Notes under the pieces: generated by a model
Seen by the model: only the letters and a program-made list of their open reading frames with translations
What the model was told of the DNA's origin: nothing
Database searches by the model: none
Source of the DNA: Eledone cirrhosa
Taxonomy: Eukaryota
Direction of reading: 5' to 3'
Assembly (NCBI GenBank): GCA_964016885.1
Contig: OZ024742.1
Location: forward strand, 86,056,001-86,120,000
DNA: 64,000 bases
Shown here: piece after piece, positions 1 through 14,262 of the stretch
Layout of the letters: each line of letters begins with the position of its first letter
How positions within the stretch are numbered: position 1 is the stretch's first letter
Program-made: the position numbers and the translations under genes

Positions 1-337
1 AACATTTGTTGTTTTATAACCTAAATTTCGATGCATACTGTGTTGCTGTATATATTTTTTTTCTCTCACATCACATCGGTCTGTGTGAGTGTGTGTGTAC
101 TCATTCACACTAATTGTGACCGGCCGAAATTCTACAGATTTGATGGTGAGATTAGACCTGTCCAGCGTCTTGTACAGCTATTGAGAGACAGAGACTTGAT
201 AGATTTATGACCCTGACTGAAGACGATAGCAGTTGGCGTGTTTTGGCTTCTGAATCTTCATATGGGGAACAACACTCTAGTGAGTGAACATCGTTAGATT
301 TTACGCCCTCATCTCAAAGATTTGAAGTAATTTCATT

Positions 338-414
338 ATTCACCTGATGAGATCAGTGATAATCGATCATGACCACACGATCGATCTATCTCTTATTGAA
401 ACATGTGTCGTAAT
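338..414 (+). ncRNA. Hammerhead ribozyme candidate (type I, long stem II)
   Basis: att(c)ac-CTGATGA(344-350), stem II containing atcgatc/gatcgat, GAAA(398-401)-catgt-GTC-gtaat. Stem I needs one bulge. The downstream sequence matches the 11883-11964 hairpin family. Confidence 0.55.
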
Positions 415-835
415 TAAAATGATTGGAAATGTATACCATGCCTTCGGATCTTTATTTTGATTTATATATACGCAAATAAATGTATAGATATAGATATGTG
501 TGTGGGGGAGGGGGGGTATGTGTTCTGTTTGCTCGTGGATGAAACATATGTAATATAAATAAAATTAAATCTCATTGTAAAAGTTAGTTTGTTTATAGTT
601 TTCAAATGTAATGCAATTTTCGGAAAAGAAAGCGCTTTCGATTGTTAAAATAATCATTATTTTCAGTCTTTAAATCTCTGTAAATAGAAATAATCTAATA
701 AGAATTGAAATATAATATTTTGCTTTCAGTAAATTTGAAATAGTTGCATCCACTACGGAGCAATAGAAATTCATGACATCTTTTAACGCATATATTGCAT
801 ACAAAGGCACAATCGCACAGAGAAACTCAATAGAA

Positions 836-887
<52 letters not shown>

Positions 888-1332
888 ATGCATTTATCAC
901 AAATGTATATATCCACCACATGAACTGAAACCGAGAGATATATATTCGTATTAAATTGAATGAAATAGAATATTGTGAAAGATTGCTAAGAAAGAAGCAA
1001 TTACAGTTTATTGAGAAACGCTATATTATAATATTCGTGGCTAATTTGAATAATTCAGGGCCTAAGTTATGGGGCTAAACACTATTTGAATGAGCATGAG
1101 GCATATCTATATCAAGAGGCGAGTATTTTCAGACAAAGAAAAACAAAATAATGTAGCATATCGAAATGAAAAACTACACCAAACAAATGTTAATCGTAGC
1201 AAACAATCTATGGCAATAATACGAATATTATATATGGTAATGCGAATCGTGAAAAATGAAATTGGCTCTCCACCACCCTCCGAAATAGGAAAGATTTTGT
1301 ATATGAAACAAATTAAAAAAATCGTAAACGGG

Positions 1333-1402
1333 TCTTCTTCTTCTTCTTCTTCTTCTTCTTCTTCTTCTTCTTCTTCTGCTTCTTCTTCTTCTTCTTCTTC
1401 TT
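1333..1402. repeat. (TTC)n/(GAA)n microsatellite at the 3' end of the R4-like element
   Basis: Directly visible. It produces the poly-K, poly-E and poly-S ORF artefacts. Confidence 0.95.
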
Positions 1403-2977
1403 GACGTATCGGAGGGTTCTTGCTGTTCCCAGCAAGCATGCCTTTTGAAGCGTTCCAAAAAGCGTGAAGGGGCTAATTTTCTTTAACCATCCCTGGAAAC
1501 CTTTTGAGATAGTCCCTAGTGCGCCTATGACAACCGGGATCACTTTGTCTTCATGGCAGTTCCAAATCCTTTTTACCTCCCACTTTAAGTCCTGGTATCG
1601 GTTAATTTTCTCCCTCTCCTTTTCTTGCACTCTCGTGTTGAATGGGCAGGCCATATCCACAATCAGACACGATCTTTTTTCTTTGTCCACAACCACCAGG
1701 TCAGGTCTATTGTGTTCAAGTTTCTTGTCCGTTTGTATCCTAAAATCCCTCAGCACCTTCACCTGATCGTTTTCTATCACCGCCTCTGGCTTATGCTCAT
1801 ACCACTTCTCAGAATGTGGTAAATTGTTTACTTTGCATAGGTGCCAGTGGATCACCCTGCCCATCACATCATGTCTCCAGCCCTTATAGTGAGTCTGGGC
1901 TAGGTGTTTACACTCGGATACAATGTGAGCCACAGTCTCCTCTCTCTCTCCAAAGATCCTGCACAGTGGGCTAGCCTCCTCCTTGTAAATATGTTGTTTC
2001 AACCACTTCGTTTTGAGGGCCTGCTCCTGCGCAGCCATTATCATTCCTTCTGTAGCCTTTTTAAGGTCTCCTCTTTTCAACCAGTTCCATGTCTGTGGAT
2101 CTCTAAATTCAGTTTTCTCAAAGAAGGTATTATGAAAGGATTTTTCCTGAAGGCTGCTCTTTCTCCTTGATGTTATTTCCTCCTTGGACATCCCCTGGCC
2201 TATTGTCCCCTCCTTCAGTACAGTTCTGAGCATTGGCTCCTTACTAACAGTCACGTATTTGTGTAGGTTGTTTTTCTCCATCTGAACACAGTCCTCTATA
2301 CTGATAAGGCCTCTTCCACCTTCAGATCTCCTTAAGTAGAGTCTATCGACATCACTCCTCTTGTGGAACATGTTGTAGATAGTCAATAGCTTCCTAGTCT
2401 TCCTATCCATTTCTTATTGTTCAGCAACATTCCATCTCAGAATTCCTGCACTGTACCTAATAATAGACACAGCTCAGGAATTTACTGCACTTATGGCATT
2501 CCTACTGTTCAGATGTGACTTTAATACGCTCCTTATTCTCCGAATGTATTCAGTTCTTATCAATTCCTTCATTTTTTTGTTCTTGATGTCATCAGCCTCC
2601 AGAACGCCCAAATACTTGTATCCTTCTTCAGAGTCAATTTCCTTTATCATCTCACCTGTTGGTACCTGGATTCCGTTACTTCTGCTCAACTTACCCCTCT
2701 TCATCACCATGACTCCACCCTTACTAATACCAAATTGCATACATATATAATTGCTGAAAATACGGACAGTGTCAACAAGCACATCCAACTCCTTCTCACT
2801 CTTCCCGAAGAGCTTAAGATCGTGCATGAAGAGGAGGTGATTGATGGTAAGCCCTCCCTTTCCCAACCTGTATCCTGCTCTCACTTTTCGCAGTACACTG
2901 GTCAGGGTCATCAGGGAAAGGACAAACAACAGAGAGGACAGACTATCACCCTGGAAGATACCTCTCTTGATCTTCAT
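1403..2977 (-). mobile_element. 5'-truncated R4/Dong-clade non-LTR retrotransposon (RT + CCHC + RLE), disrupted
   Basis: GIFQGDSLS, HLLFMHDLKL (degenerate YxDD), YKYLG, GGRGL, CRIxxxxEETVAHIVSEC, RHD, and RLE motif RPDLVV..IVDMACP..KxxRY in ORFs 2474-2977 and 1313-2410. Confidence 0.9.
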
Positions 2978-3000
2978 TAATATTATTATTATTATTATTA

Positions 3001-6000
3001 CAGTTGCATTTATCTTGCTTTATGTTCATACGATTTATCACCAAGTCACAACCAGTGACCTCAAGAGACAACAAGGTCCGCCATGTTCAAGAAAGAACAT
3101 ACATGCTCACACATGCATCTTTAGTGTTTAGACTTGTGATGTACTTATATTGACAGAATATTCCTTAGTATATGGGCAGTTCCCATTAGTAATATCTTTT
3201 GTATTTCTCCTATACGCGGGTTTCCTTGGATTTGCGATAAGTAATGATTAGACCCCTTACGTATCATTCCCAGAGCACCTACAACCACTGGTATTGTTTT
3301 AGTTCTCAATTTCCACATTTTTCCAATTTCTATCTCCAGGTCCTTATACTTGCTCAATTTTTCAAATGTTTTTATAGATACATTCTTGTCTATTGGAACG
3401 GAAATATCAATTAGCAGGCATACCCTCTTTTTAAAGTCCTTCAATATTATATCAGGTCTATTTGCATCTATTTTTCGGTCTGTTTGGATGCTAAAGTTCC
3501 ACAAGATTGAGATGTGATCTTTTTCAAGTATGGGAGGTGGTTGATGCTCCCACCAATTCTTTTGATGGGGCAGGTCAAAATGCTTACACATTATCCAATG
3601 TATGTATTGGGCAGGTCAAAATGCTTACACATTATCCAATTAATGTATTGTCATGCCTGTTTAGGTATTCGGTTGGAGCTATAGGACTGCACATTGAAAT
3701 TATATGGTCGATGGTCTCTGGTTGTTTTTTGCATACACGGCATAATGGGCTGCATCCATTTTTTATTATGTTGGCTTGGTATTTTTTTGTTGGCAGACAC
3801 TCATCTTGTGCCGATATAATCAGTCCTTCAGTCTCCGATTTCAGTCCAGATGATGCCAACCACTGATGGGTTAAAGTTTTGTCAACATCAGGATTGTTAG
3901 CTCCTTCTGGGTATTTTCCATACAGAGGCTTTTCTTAGCCAGTTTCTGTAGCAGTTCTTTCTTTGCAGTTACTTTTACCTGCTTTGCTTTTTCTGTGTTT
4001 TCCATTTCAGCAGTAAATGGGACTTCTGAAATTTGTAGTCTATACTGTATCTTTGCGCATCTTTTGTAATGGAATATGATCTTTTGATGCTTTCGTGTTT
4101 CAAAACGAGTTTAATCATCCAATCATGTGATACCCTTAGATATGTAGATAATCCAATTGTTGCAGTTTTCAACGCAATGTCTAACTGGATTAACCCACGT
4201 CCTCGTTCTTTCCTAGAGAGATATATTCTATCTGTATCTGCCTTAGGGTGATGCATTCTGTGAATGGTAAAGAATTTTCTAGATTACGGATCTCTGTGCT
4301 TGACCAGTTGATGACATTGTAACTGTGGGTTACTACTGGTATGGCAAGCGTATTTATGGCATCGATCCTATTCCTTGCATTCAATTCCGTTCTTAAGATT
4401 GCTCTTATTCTGCGGTAACATTCCTTCCTTATCCTTTCCCTCATTGTCAAGTGCTTGATTCCGTCTCCTTCACAAACACCTAGATATCTGTAAGTTTTTT
4501 CTTGATCAAGTACTCTTATCACGTTCCCCCGATCAAGATTAATGTCTGAACTCTTCAGCAGCTTTCCTCTGGTGAACGTTGCTTTGGCGCATTTATCTAG
4601 TCCAAACTCCATTTAATGTCATCACTGAACTGCTCCACAGTGGATAATAGCCCTTGCAATTGTTCATCATTTTTTGCAAATAGTTTCAGGTCATCCATGT
4701 AGAACAAGTGATTAATGGTTTTGTCATAGACTTTATATCCATGTTTTGTTTCATTGAGCATTTTACTTAATGGTATAAGTGCGATGCAGAATAAAAGCGG
4801 TGATAAAGAGTCACCCTGAAACATTCCACAATTAATATTAACTTCTCCAGCTTCCAGTGATTTTGTTTCACTATTCAAAAGGAGTGTCGTTTTCCATGTC
4901 TTCATACTGAATGACAAAAACCTCCTGACAACGGGGGATATTTTGAAAATCTCTAAACATTTTTTCAATCCAACTGTGCGGCAAAATATCGAATGCTTTT
5001 TTATAATCTATTCAAGCAATTGATAGATTTTTGTGTCTATTATGACAATCTTCCAGTATCATTTTGTTAACCAAAAGCTGATCCTTACAGCCATATGAGC
5101 CTCGTTTACACCCTTTCTGCTCAATGGGAAATAGATCATTTGTTATCAGGTGGTCATATGTGTATTCAGTTAGGACTGATGTTAACATTTTATACATTGT
5201 GGTCAAGCAAGTTATCGGTCTGTAATTTTTGGGATTGTTTGTCTCATCATTCTTCGAAAGCAAGAATGTAATGCCGTTAAATAGCCATGATGGTATCTTT
5301 TTCTGGCTCCTTAACTATTTCATTGTAAAGTTGGGCTAACAGCTCATGAGACTCTGTGAAGGCATTTATCCAAAAATTTAGTATTTTGTCTTTTCCTGGG
5401 GATTTCCAGTTGCTGGTTTTTCTTAGAGCCACGCGCAACTGTTCAACTGTTATATTTTCCCATCTTTGTTCTTCAAGGTGATCTGTATCTTTCATTTGTC
5501 TGTCTATCCATGGGGCATGTATGTTATGAACTTTTTCTTCGGCCCAGATGTTTTCCCAGAATTCTAGCACTTCCTCATTGGGTGGTATTGATTTAGCAGT
5601 TATTGTTGACTTACCAATTTTTCTGTAGAAGTTTCTTTGGTTGTTTTTGAACATATTATTGTCCTTATAGAATCTAGATGGTTTTTCAAAGCGCCTTATA
5701 CGAGCAGCTTTTGCCGACACTTTTTGTTTGATTATTTCTATCAGCATGTCTTTGTCATTTCTTGATTTTATACTGTACTTTCTTTTCAATTTTCTAAGTT
5801 TAGTTTGTTTAACATGTTCACCTACTTTATAGTTTGTTAAAATGTCTATGTCAGATCGGAGAAGGTTTATTTGGCGATTGATGTTCTCTTGCCAAGTAGA
5901 TTTCTTGTGGGAATTCCTTTGTTTTTTCATCTTCACTCCACATAAGTGAGTGGTGACTTTAGCCGATGCATAATAGAGATGATTTAAATCAGTAATGTTT

Positions 6001-6960
6001 AGTTTGTTTGTGATGATAATGTTTTTGAGAATTATGTTAGTCTTGTGTATTATCTTTTGGTTCTGTTTGGAGTTCTGGATCTTAGGGAGGGTGTCTCGTT
6101 GCCCCATATCAGATTCTTTCATTTTCATCCATTCGATCATAATTTCATCCTTCAAGTTGGCAAGTTCATTCTCATTCATTTCTTTATCATTTACGATGTC
6201 ATTATTTTCATTTGGAATTCATCTTGAGCATGCACTCCCTCCACTTTTTCGATCCTTTCTTTAATTTGTTCTGTTGTCAGTGATTCCGCCCCAACCCTGG
6301 GATTCTAAGTGTTACAATTTACCTCGTTTTCACTGACACATGTTTCATTTTCCCTTCGCAGACTTTGTGCTAATAGCTTGATCTGATCAATTTCTAGATC
6401 AGTTAGTAACTTTTTTTTTACAATATTTCTACGTATTTTGGCTAGTTTGTTACTGTCAATATAGCCTCTGTTTTCGGGATGTTTCTTTTTCCAGTTGATA
6501 TATGTCTGTTCTGTATTCGATGTATTTGATGGGTAGTACATGGCAGTGTAGAAAGCCTCAAGGACTTCTTTATTATCTTCCCTTGACCATTTTTCTCTCT
6601 TTTTCTTTCGATTTCTTGGTGGTGAGCATGGAGGGCCAACAGTAGGAGTATTCTGGTTATGGGAGGTCTCCACATCCGAAGTGATCGGAAGGTTTGAACC
6701 ACTATCTGATTTTTCGACCCCAGTTTGGTTCCTCTCTGAGGGACGCGGCCCTTTTTTACCCGGGTGACGGCCGATCCGGTATGAGATTTTATCATTAGAC
6801 ATTTACTTTATTTTGTCGCGTTTTATCCTTATCCGCCAAGGGGTAATCATTTCGTGTTACCACTTCTAGAACGAGTGTCAACCAAGACTAGAGGGGTTGT
6901 TCTCCCATAGAGACACGGCTATTATCCCTCGGCCGCCATCCCGGTATTACTTGGTCACAG
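3001..6960 (-). mobile_element. Near full-length, frameshifted R4/Dong-clade non-LTR retrotransposon with (TAA)n tail
   Basis: Collinear ORF pieces from 6802 to 3145: WKSPGKD, NYRPITCL, EQKGC, FQGDSLSPLLF, YMDD, CRVC..ETIDHIISMC, RHD, RPDII..IDISVP..KLSKY. 3' UTR 3001-3144, then (TAA)n at 2978-3000. A ~41-bp internal tandem duplication lies at 3568-3640. Confidence 0.92.
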
Positions 6961-7057
6961 GTTTTTTTTTTTATTGTTTTTTTAAATTGTTATGATCATG
7001 AGTGGTTCCTTAATGTGAGCATTGCGTGGCTTAAGAATGAAATTATTAATAATAGTC

Positions 7058-7098
7058 TCTACTCAAGGCACAAGGCCAGCAATTACCCAGTGCATTAC
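7058..7098 (-). mobile_element. 3' fragment of the tRNA-derived SINE
   Basis: ggcacaaggccagcaattacccagtgcattac matches the copy at 54564-54750. Confidence 0.7.
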
Positions 7099-8021
7099 AA
7101 TAATATTATATACTTTTTGCTGAAGTTGCCTGTTATTGTTGTTGGCTATGTCGGTGGTGGTGCTGGGGCTTTTTATATTGTTGGTGAGGAAGGGGGGAGC
7201 CAGCAGTGCCATAGTTGTCGTTGTTTGGCCGGTGGCCGGGTCACTAAGTCAATCTATTTATATATGTTGCTAGCCTCTCCCTTGTCTAGTGATACCGCCA
7301 CCTTCCCCTTTCTTAAGTTAACAGGGGAATAGTGATGGTAGCAATAAAGGAGTGGTGGCGGCGGTGATGGGATAGTGGTAGCAATGATGGATGGAGTGGT
7401 GGCGGCGGTGGCGTTGTCGTTACTGAGTTTTGTTGAATGGACTAGTTTTTTTGTATATGTAGTATCTATGCGTTTGTGTCGCGTATGTTTAATATCTGTG
7501 TTGAATAGATTAGTTTTGTTTGATCTGTAGTATCTATGCGTTTGTGTCGCGTATGTTTAATATATGTGTTGACATATTTCCGTAATATTGGATTAAACAG
7601 TTTGTTAAAACTTGAGACAATAATAATAGTAATTATTATTATGATGCTAGGATTGGTGGTGGTGGTGGTGAAATTGCCGTTATCTGGCTGTTATATTTAG
7701 TGTACACAGCGGGGTGTCGGGGTAGGCGGTGTATCAAGTTTCTGGTGTTGGTGAAATTGCTGTTATTTGGCTGTTCTATATAGTGTAGACAGAGGGGGTT
7801 TTGTTCCATGTATAAACATTTTCTTTTTTGAATATAAAATATATAATACAAAATTGAATATTTGAGCGATATAACAATATATTATGGATCCGAAATTTTA
7901 TGAAAGTTGATTCGGTGGTTTATGCATCATTTGTTATTTTACAATTGATTTAAATATGTTAAAAATCAAAACTTACGGGAGCGATTTCATGACCTTCTAC
8001 CACCACGTGCGTCTTCTTCCC

Positions 8022-8055
<34 letters not shown>

Positions 8056-8057
<2 letters not shown>

Positions 8058-8760
8058 TTTTTTTATTTTTCTTCTTCAGATGATTATGAAAACAGACTCC
8101 GCAAACACTCCTTCCTGTTGGTCCTGTCAGAAGTCACTATCTCCAGCTGATCCATCTGGATCCCCAAGCCTGGCCAGCCAGCTCATTGATGTTATCCAAA
8201 TACCTTCTTCGGTCTCTACCCCTGGTTCTCCTACCTGTTGGTTTTGCCCATAACATTTCTACAGCGATTCTTTCCTGAGACATTTTAACCATATGCCTAT
8301 AGTATCGGAGCTGTGATATCTCAATTCTGAGAAGTAGTAGATCTATAAGTAGTAAATCTCTGATCTCCGAAAAATGGACACTACTAATTTTACTCAAAAG
8401 ACCACTCTGAGTAATCCCATTTCGGCAGCTTGTATTAGTGATCATATTCTTTCAGTTATTATCCAAGACAAATTACAATAGGTATGGTTTAGCATGAACA
8501 CGGAATCGAAGATATCGAGTTTCGATTTTACGCCTACCATCCTTTTTTTATTACTGAATGCTGAAGCTAGCACATTACTACAATAGCTTTTGCAATTCTT
8601 GCACTTAACTCAGCGTCCTGCATTTCCACACTCGTGAACAAGGCCCCCGTATATTTGAAAATCTCTACCTGCTTCAGTGGATGTAGATTCACATGTAGGG
8701 TGCACTGCGCAAATTTCCTTGAGATGACGTATGTCTCAGTTTTCGCAGCACTAGGCAGGA
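8056..8760 (-). mobile_element. Decayed RTE-clade LINE 3' fragment with (TAA)n tail
   Basis: QLRYYRHMVKMSQERIA...PTGRRTRGRDRRRYLD is an RTE-type C-terminus. (TTA)n at 8021-8055. Confidence 0.65.
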
Positions 8761-11134
8761 AACCTATATATATATATATAGTTATAACGGCCAGTGTCTA
8801 CAAAGGCGCTATACCATGCAAGTAAGTTCCGTTTGTTCTGTCGAACAAAATGTTCAACCCGTGCCGATCAAGATGAACCTGAAAATATTTACTCAAATAC
8901 AAATATACTGGAAACAGGGAAGGAGAAACGAGCTCCAAATCAAGAGCTAATAATAATGAGGGCTTTATGAATTAAGGATTATTTTTGAGGAAATATATAT
9001 ATCAATGTTAAGGAGGCCAGGTACTGAGAAACGTGAAGAAATCGCAAGAAGAAATACGTACGTGTGTCATGTGTTTTGCTATTGCTTTGCAGTTTATTCC
9101 ATACACATTATATATCGTCTTGCGTAATCTGCAGATCTTGAGTATATATGGTCCATCATTTTCTCGCGTCTTCCATCTGATAGAGAATCTTTGTTCTTGT
9201 CTTTGTATTGCTATTTATTATTCACCAAACGTGTGATGTTTCTTTTATTTGCTTATGGAAGCAATTTTTAAACCGGTTTTCTGACATAGCGACGTATTTT
9301 CAGGATTCCATTTTTAGGATTTGATTGTATAATATCACTGGAGTTTTCCATTCTTGATCCAATTAGCATGACTCCGGTTTTTTTGCAAGAACATCCGCAT
9401 CTCTGTTGTTCATGCACGAGGCATGACTTCATGTTTCTGGCACAGGGTTATACATATTTGACCATATGACGTGACCTAGGAGTGAGTGTATAACTATGTG
9501 GGCTAAAACTGTCTTTCCGACTTTAAGTACGAAATTTCACGAGAAAGGAGAGAACTAGTTAATTTCCTATTAGTATTTGCGGATTGGCCTGATGTGTATG
9601 AAATATTTTTGGAGAAGCTATTATTGCTTGAGGTTGTATTATTTTGAGAGTGTGTGTTTATGGATGCATAATATATAATCTGTTTGAGTTTAAACCTGAA
9701 ATCGTCAATTTGATCTCTAGTCCCACCCACCCCTTATCGTAAATCTGGCTGACTTCAGACAGCGAAATACGGCGGGAAATAAAATGTTCTCAGAATTAAC
9801 CACTCCCTTGTTTAGAAACAGTCAATCATAATTAATCACTATGATATATATATATAGGTTGGCAATCGCTAAGAAATCAGATTTTAAAGTGCAAAATAAC
9901 CAGAGGAAAAAAAACAGCCCCGAAAAATGTTGATTGCATACACAAGCAACATTCATTAGTACAAAACATCGACATCTTTATGGCATTAATTAATTAAACT
10001 TATACATTTATTAAATATAGTGATTAGAGGGTGATTGTGGTGGCTGTGACGATTTTGCTACCACTGTTACTACTACAGATGTGTTTCTTTCAAATAGTCA
10101 CATATATAGGATTCATGAAAATTTGAACTGAATGGAAAACAAACACTGCATTTGAGATATCATGTAGGACGAACAACTCATCAGGTACTATGTAGCGCTA
10201 ACAACTCTACAGAACAAATTGAAGAAAATAGCTCTATGATATCCCGGTTTAAAATACAGTATCTGGCTTAGATGACATGACCCATTTATTTATTTATTAT
10301 TATTATTATTTTTTTTTTTTTTTGGCAGCACCAGCAAGTTATCTAAATATTACTGGATCGCATGAGTATCTGATATGAGTATCTGAATGATTCACCGTGG
10401 AGAAGTAAAACAAAATTCTATTGGCACTCTTATAATTATTTGTCCAATGAATATAAGCGGGTGTCCAATAAATATTTTCATTGTATATATATATAATGAA
10501 AATATGTATTGGACTCTGCCTTCCAGTATCTGTAGTATCTCAAGAAAATTATTGGAGTAAAGCTTGCCAGAAAAGGATATTCCTGAAAAAAAATATCAGC
10601 TTCAAAACTATTGAAACCTACTTCCAATTCAGTTTCATATATTCTAACCATTCTCACACCAAATGGACTACCTCTTGCTCTCAATCTATCCACCTCCATT
10701 GCCTTAGTTACTGCGAAAACGACTTTTAAATGCAGTCCTCAGACACGTGTCTGCGTCCACTTTTTTCCGATTCCAAGGAAACTTTAACCAAAATGTTTCA
10801 ACTATCATTTATGCTATTCGACTATTAATATTAGATTTACGTGTTTGTCCTTCTTCGATTGCTAATACATCACACATCAACACAACTAATTCCAGTTCAT
10901 ACGAAAGCAAAGGAAAGACAAATAAGAAAGAAGTTCACACCATTGCATATAACAGGAGAAGAGACACAGATACAACGGAAATAAATGAATAAAGGAAATG
11001 ACAAATATTGTGCAGTGTAACTATGGATGAGAATAAACAATTTACTTCACGTAAATAACAGCCAGTATAATATATAACGTGTATGCTCTCCATTTATATA
11101 TATATATATACATATATATATGTGTGTGTGTGTT

Positions 11135-11183
<49 letters not shown>

Positions 11184-11280
11184 CGGGGTCTTACTGGTTC
11201 CTATTACCCACTCTACTACCTCAAGTATTGAGTACTTTGGTGCGTTATGGTCCACCTGGTTCCTTACCACACTTCCTTCG

Positions 11281-11383
<103 letters not shown>

Positions 11384-11584
11384 GAGATAGAGAGAGCGAG
11401 AGCCCAATATACATATAGAGAAATTCGGAGTCATATGTTTAGAGAAAAAAAAAACATTCTTTCCGCATAATACACAATACAAAAGGAGTAGTGTGTAGGT
11501 ATTGAAATGAGTAAAGGTCAATGTTAATTGCTCGGGCATAGATCAGTACCTCAATACAATATATATATATATATATATATATGT

Positions 11585-11852
11585 TTCAAGGAAAAACTTG
11601 AACCGTTAAGATCTCCTTCCTGGATATGTCAATATTTATAAAACAAACTATGTATTTTATCTGATGAGGTCGTACCAACGTTTTGGTACACTTTAAATAT
11701 ATATAATAGAATAAATATGGTGGTTTTATCAATATAGTTTCCATTTATTTAATATCATTGAATATTATACTCCAGAAAAATTTTGGAGTGATTCGAATCA
11801 GTTATAAACATATATGTTTTTTGAATTACCAACAAATTAAATATCCCTTTTG

Positions 11853-11855
<3 letters not shown>
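11585..11855 (+). mobile_element. Solo pseudo-LTR related to the 14.2-18.4 kb PLE, with decayed HHR (11653-11713)
   Basis: tattttat-CTGATGA-ggtcgtaccaa..ttggtacac-TAAA(G lost)-tatata-TA-atagaata. Shares atagtttccatttatttaatatcattgaat with the PLE pLTR. Flanked by (TA)n. Confidence 0.7.
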
Positions 11856-11882
<27 letters not shown>

Positions 11883-11888
<6 letters not shown>

Positions 11889-11964
11889 AATAAAGATCCG
11901 AAGGCATCGTATAAATTTCCAATAAATGAAATTCATACCAGACCTTCGGATCTTTATTTTGATA
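11883..11964. repeat. Small inverted repeat (head-to-head pLTR ends) next to (TA)n
   Basis: tatcgaaataaagatccgaagg / ccttcggatctttattttgata. Same family as about 420-462. Confidence 0.8.
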
Positions 11965-12091
11965 CAAATACTCCATCCAACATCATCTTGCTGTTCCCAT
12001 AAATGGAATTGGAGATATACAAAAGCGTGGAGAACTTAATATTGCTAACAAATATTGATTGAACCGTTTGACACAACCAATAATACACCTA

Positions 12092-12147
<56 letters not shown>

Positions 12148-12150
<3 letters not shown>

Positions 12151-12512
12151 TATGTATACGTACATACATATATGTATACAGACGTACACTAGTATGTATA
12201 TATATACATACATTCACACATATATATATATGTACGTATGGGTTTCCCGAACTTTCATTATAATGCTCGTTTTTTCAGTAAACAAACAGCCCGAATTAAG
12301 CCGTACATTGTTTAGCAACCACCGTTGCCCTTTTGTTCAACACTGACAAAGGAACACTGTACTAGTTTCAAGCTTATTAGCTATCGTCAGCATCGTATAC
12401 TTTCCTGCCAGATGATTGAACGTCTGAAAGTATATACTTTCCTTATGCATATTAACGGCTGAGCAGCCTAATTTCCACATCGCGTGAGTTAGTCGGCCGG
12501 CCGCACCGAAAA
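12148..12512 (-). mobile_element. Dispersed copy of the 482-bp HHR repeat family
   Basis: Reverse-complement similarity to 18398-19608. HHR core CTGACGA..GAAA-ctag-TA at 12355-12396, with a weakened stem I. Confidence 0.8.
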
Positions 12513-12651
12513 TGTACTGTACTAAAACGAGCTGTTACGCGGGATTCTCTGCTACACCTTTTCGTAATAATACCGAACAACGTACAGCTGGTCAATCCTT
12601 CCTCCAAAACCTGTACGAAGCATCTCTCTCTCTCTCTCTACCTCTCTCTAT

Positions 12652-12691
<40 letters not shown>

Positions 12692-13195
12692 TTTTTTTAT
12701 AATTTTTTTTTTTTATAAGAACAGATTAAAGTTTAACCAAAGAATCGCTGCTTTCAATATTAACGGGATCTTCTGAAACTAAAAAAATTTAATATGTGAA
12801 CGCAGAAGTAAATATTTCGAGAAACGTTGCAACCGAAGGAAAACAGGAAGACGATATTTTGGTTCGTGAAGAGATTCCCTGGCAATGAACGGAAAAAAAA
12901 GCGAGGATAATACGTCGTTAATATTGACTGAGAAGAACAATTTCATGCAAAGACAGGACCAAGTTTATGATATAAATGGTGGCGTTCTATTTAAAATAAC
13001 CGAATGATTTCCAGCCCCGGAATTTAAGAATGATGTAAATACAATTGAAAACCAAAATGACAGAGGTTATTAAAATAGTAAAAGTAAATAATGAAGATTT
13101 AGGCCAGTACATACGTATGCGGCGACGAACATACACATACATATACATACGCACACACAAATGCACACACACACACAAACATACACACACATACA

Positions 13196-13237
<42 letters not shown>

Positions 13238-13261
13238 CACACACACATACGCACGTGCGTG

Positions 13262-13688
13262 AGTGTGTAAGCCTTATGCATTTCTACAGTATTTTCACCA
13301 AACTTAAGACATATGTTACATATGTACCCCGGATGGTCATGGGCACTTTCATTTTTACAGATATTGATTATAGGGCCTCCCGGCAGATAACCCCCTTCAA
13401 CCGCTTCCTTGCAGTCGACTGAAGCACTGCAGTGCAATGCAACAAAACGTCATAACTTCTGGAGTTCGCAACCAATTTTCACAAAACTTGACACATGGGC
13501 TACGTTTGTTCTACATATGAATGTGAATTGGCACATATTGAGTAGGGGAATTCTGGGGGCAGGAACCCCCTTTGGGAAAAAGCCGATGATTTTGTAAAAG
13601 TATAGTTTTCGAAGCAGGACTGAAGTATTGACATAAATGGTATACATAACTGCTATTTAATACCCGAGAAACGCCGGGTATCTCTGCT

Positions 13689-13690
<2 letters not shown>
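13262..13690 (+). mobile_element. Non-autonomous Helitron-like element
   Basis: 3' hairpin tacccg-agaaacgc-cgggta (13661-13680) followed by a CTAG-like end (cttg|t). Internal attttcaccaaactt-type repeats. The 5' boundary is uncertain. Confidence 0.5.
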
Positions 13691-13767
<77 letters not shown>

Positions 13768-14207
13768 GTTAGTGCAGGTTTCTGTATGTGAGATGCCGAA
13801 TGTATGTATGTGCGAGTGTGTCTATATTTGGCTGGTTTACCTGAAAGTATTAGCAATGAAATACATAATCATCTTTCTTTCGTATTGCTGTCGCCCTCTA
13901 CTTGTGCACGGGTTTATCTTTTTGTCATTCCAAATATCTTCTTCAAATTATTGATTATAGAATTTGTGATGCCGTTAGATTGCCATTTGAATTTAAACAG
14001 AGACACATACACACATGCGCATATAAGCACATACACACAAACAAACATACAATCACACACCTATACATATATATATGTTTGTGTATACTTCAAAATGCTA
14101 TTAATTAGGCATACAGTATATTGCCAAATATACTATATATACATTCATGTATACATCGCTATTTCAGGGCACCAATTCTAATTTTATACACTATAAATAT
14201 ATGTATG

Positions 14208-14262
<55 letters not shown>

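Noticed and set aside
214-260. CTGAAGA as a hammerhead core
   Set aside because: No stem II/GAAA/stem I partner was found. It looks like an old LINE 3' remnant.
7428-7572. Two ~67-bp tandem copies in a GT-rich tract
   Set aside because: This is an ordinary local duplication. No ribozyme core or coding signal was found.
10455-10800. Possible mariner remnant
   Set aside because: Only a TIR-like start (gggtgtccaataa) is present, with no partner TIR or recognisable transposase motif.
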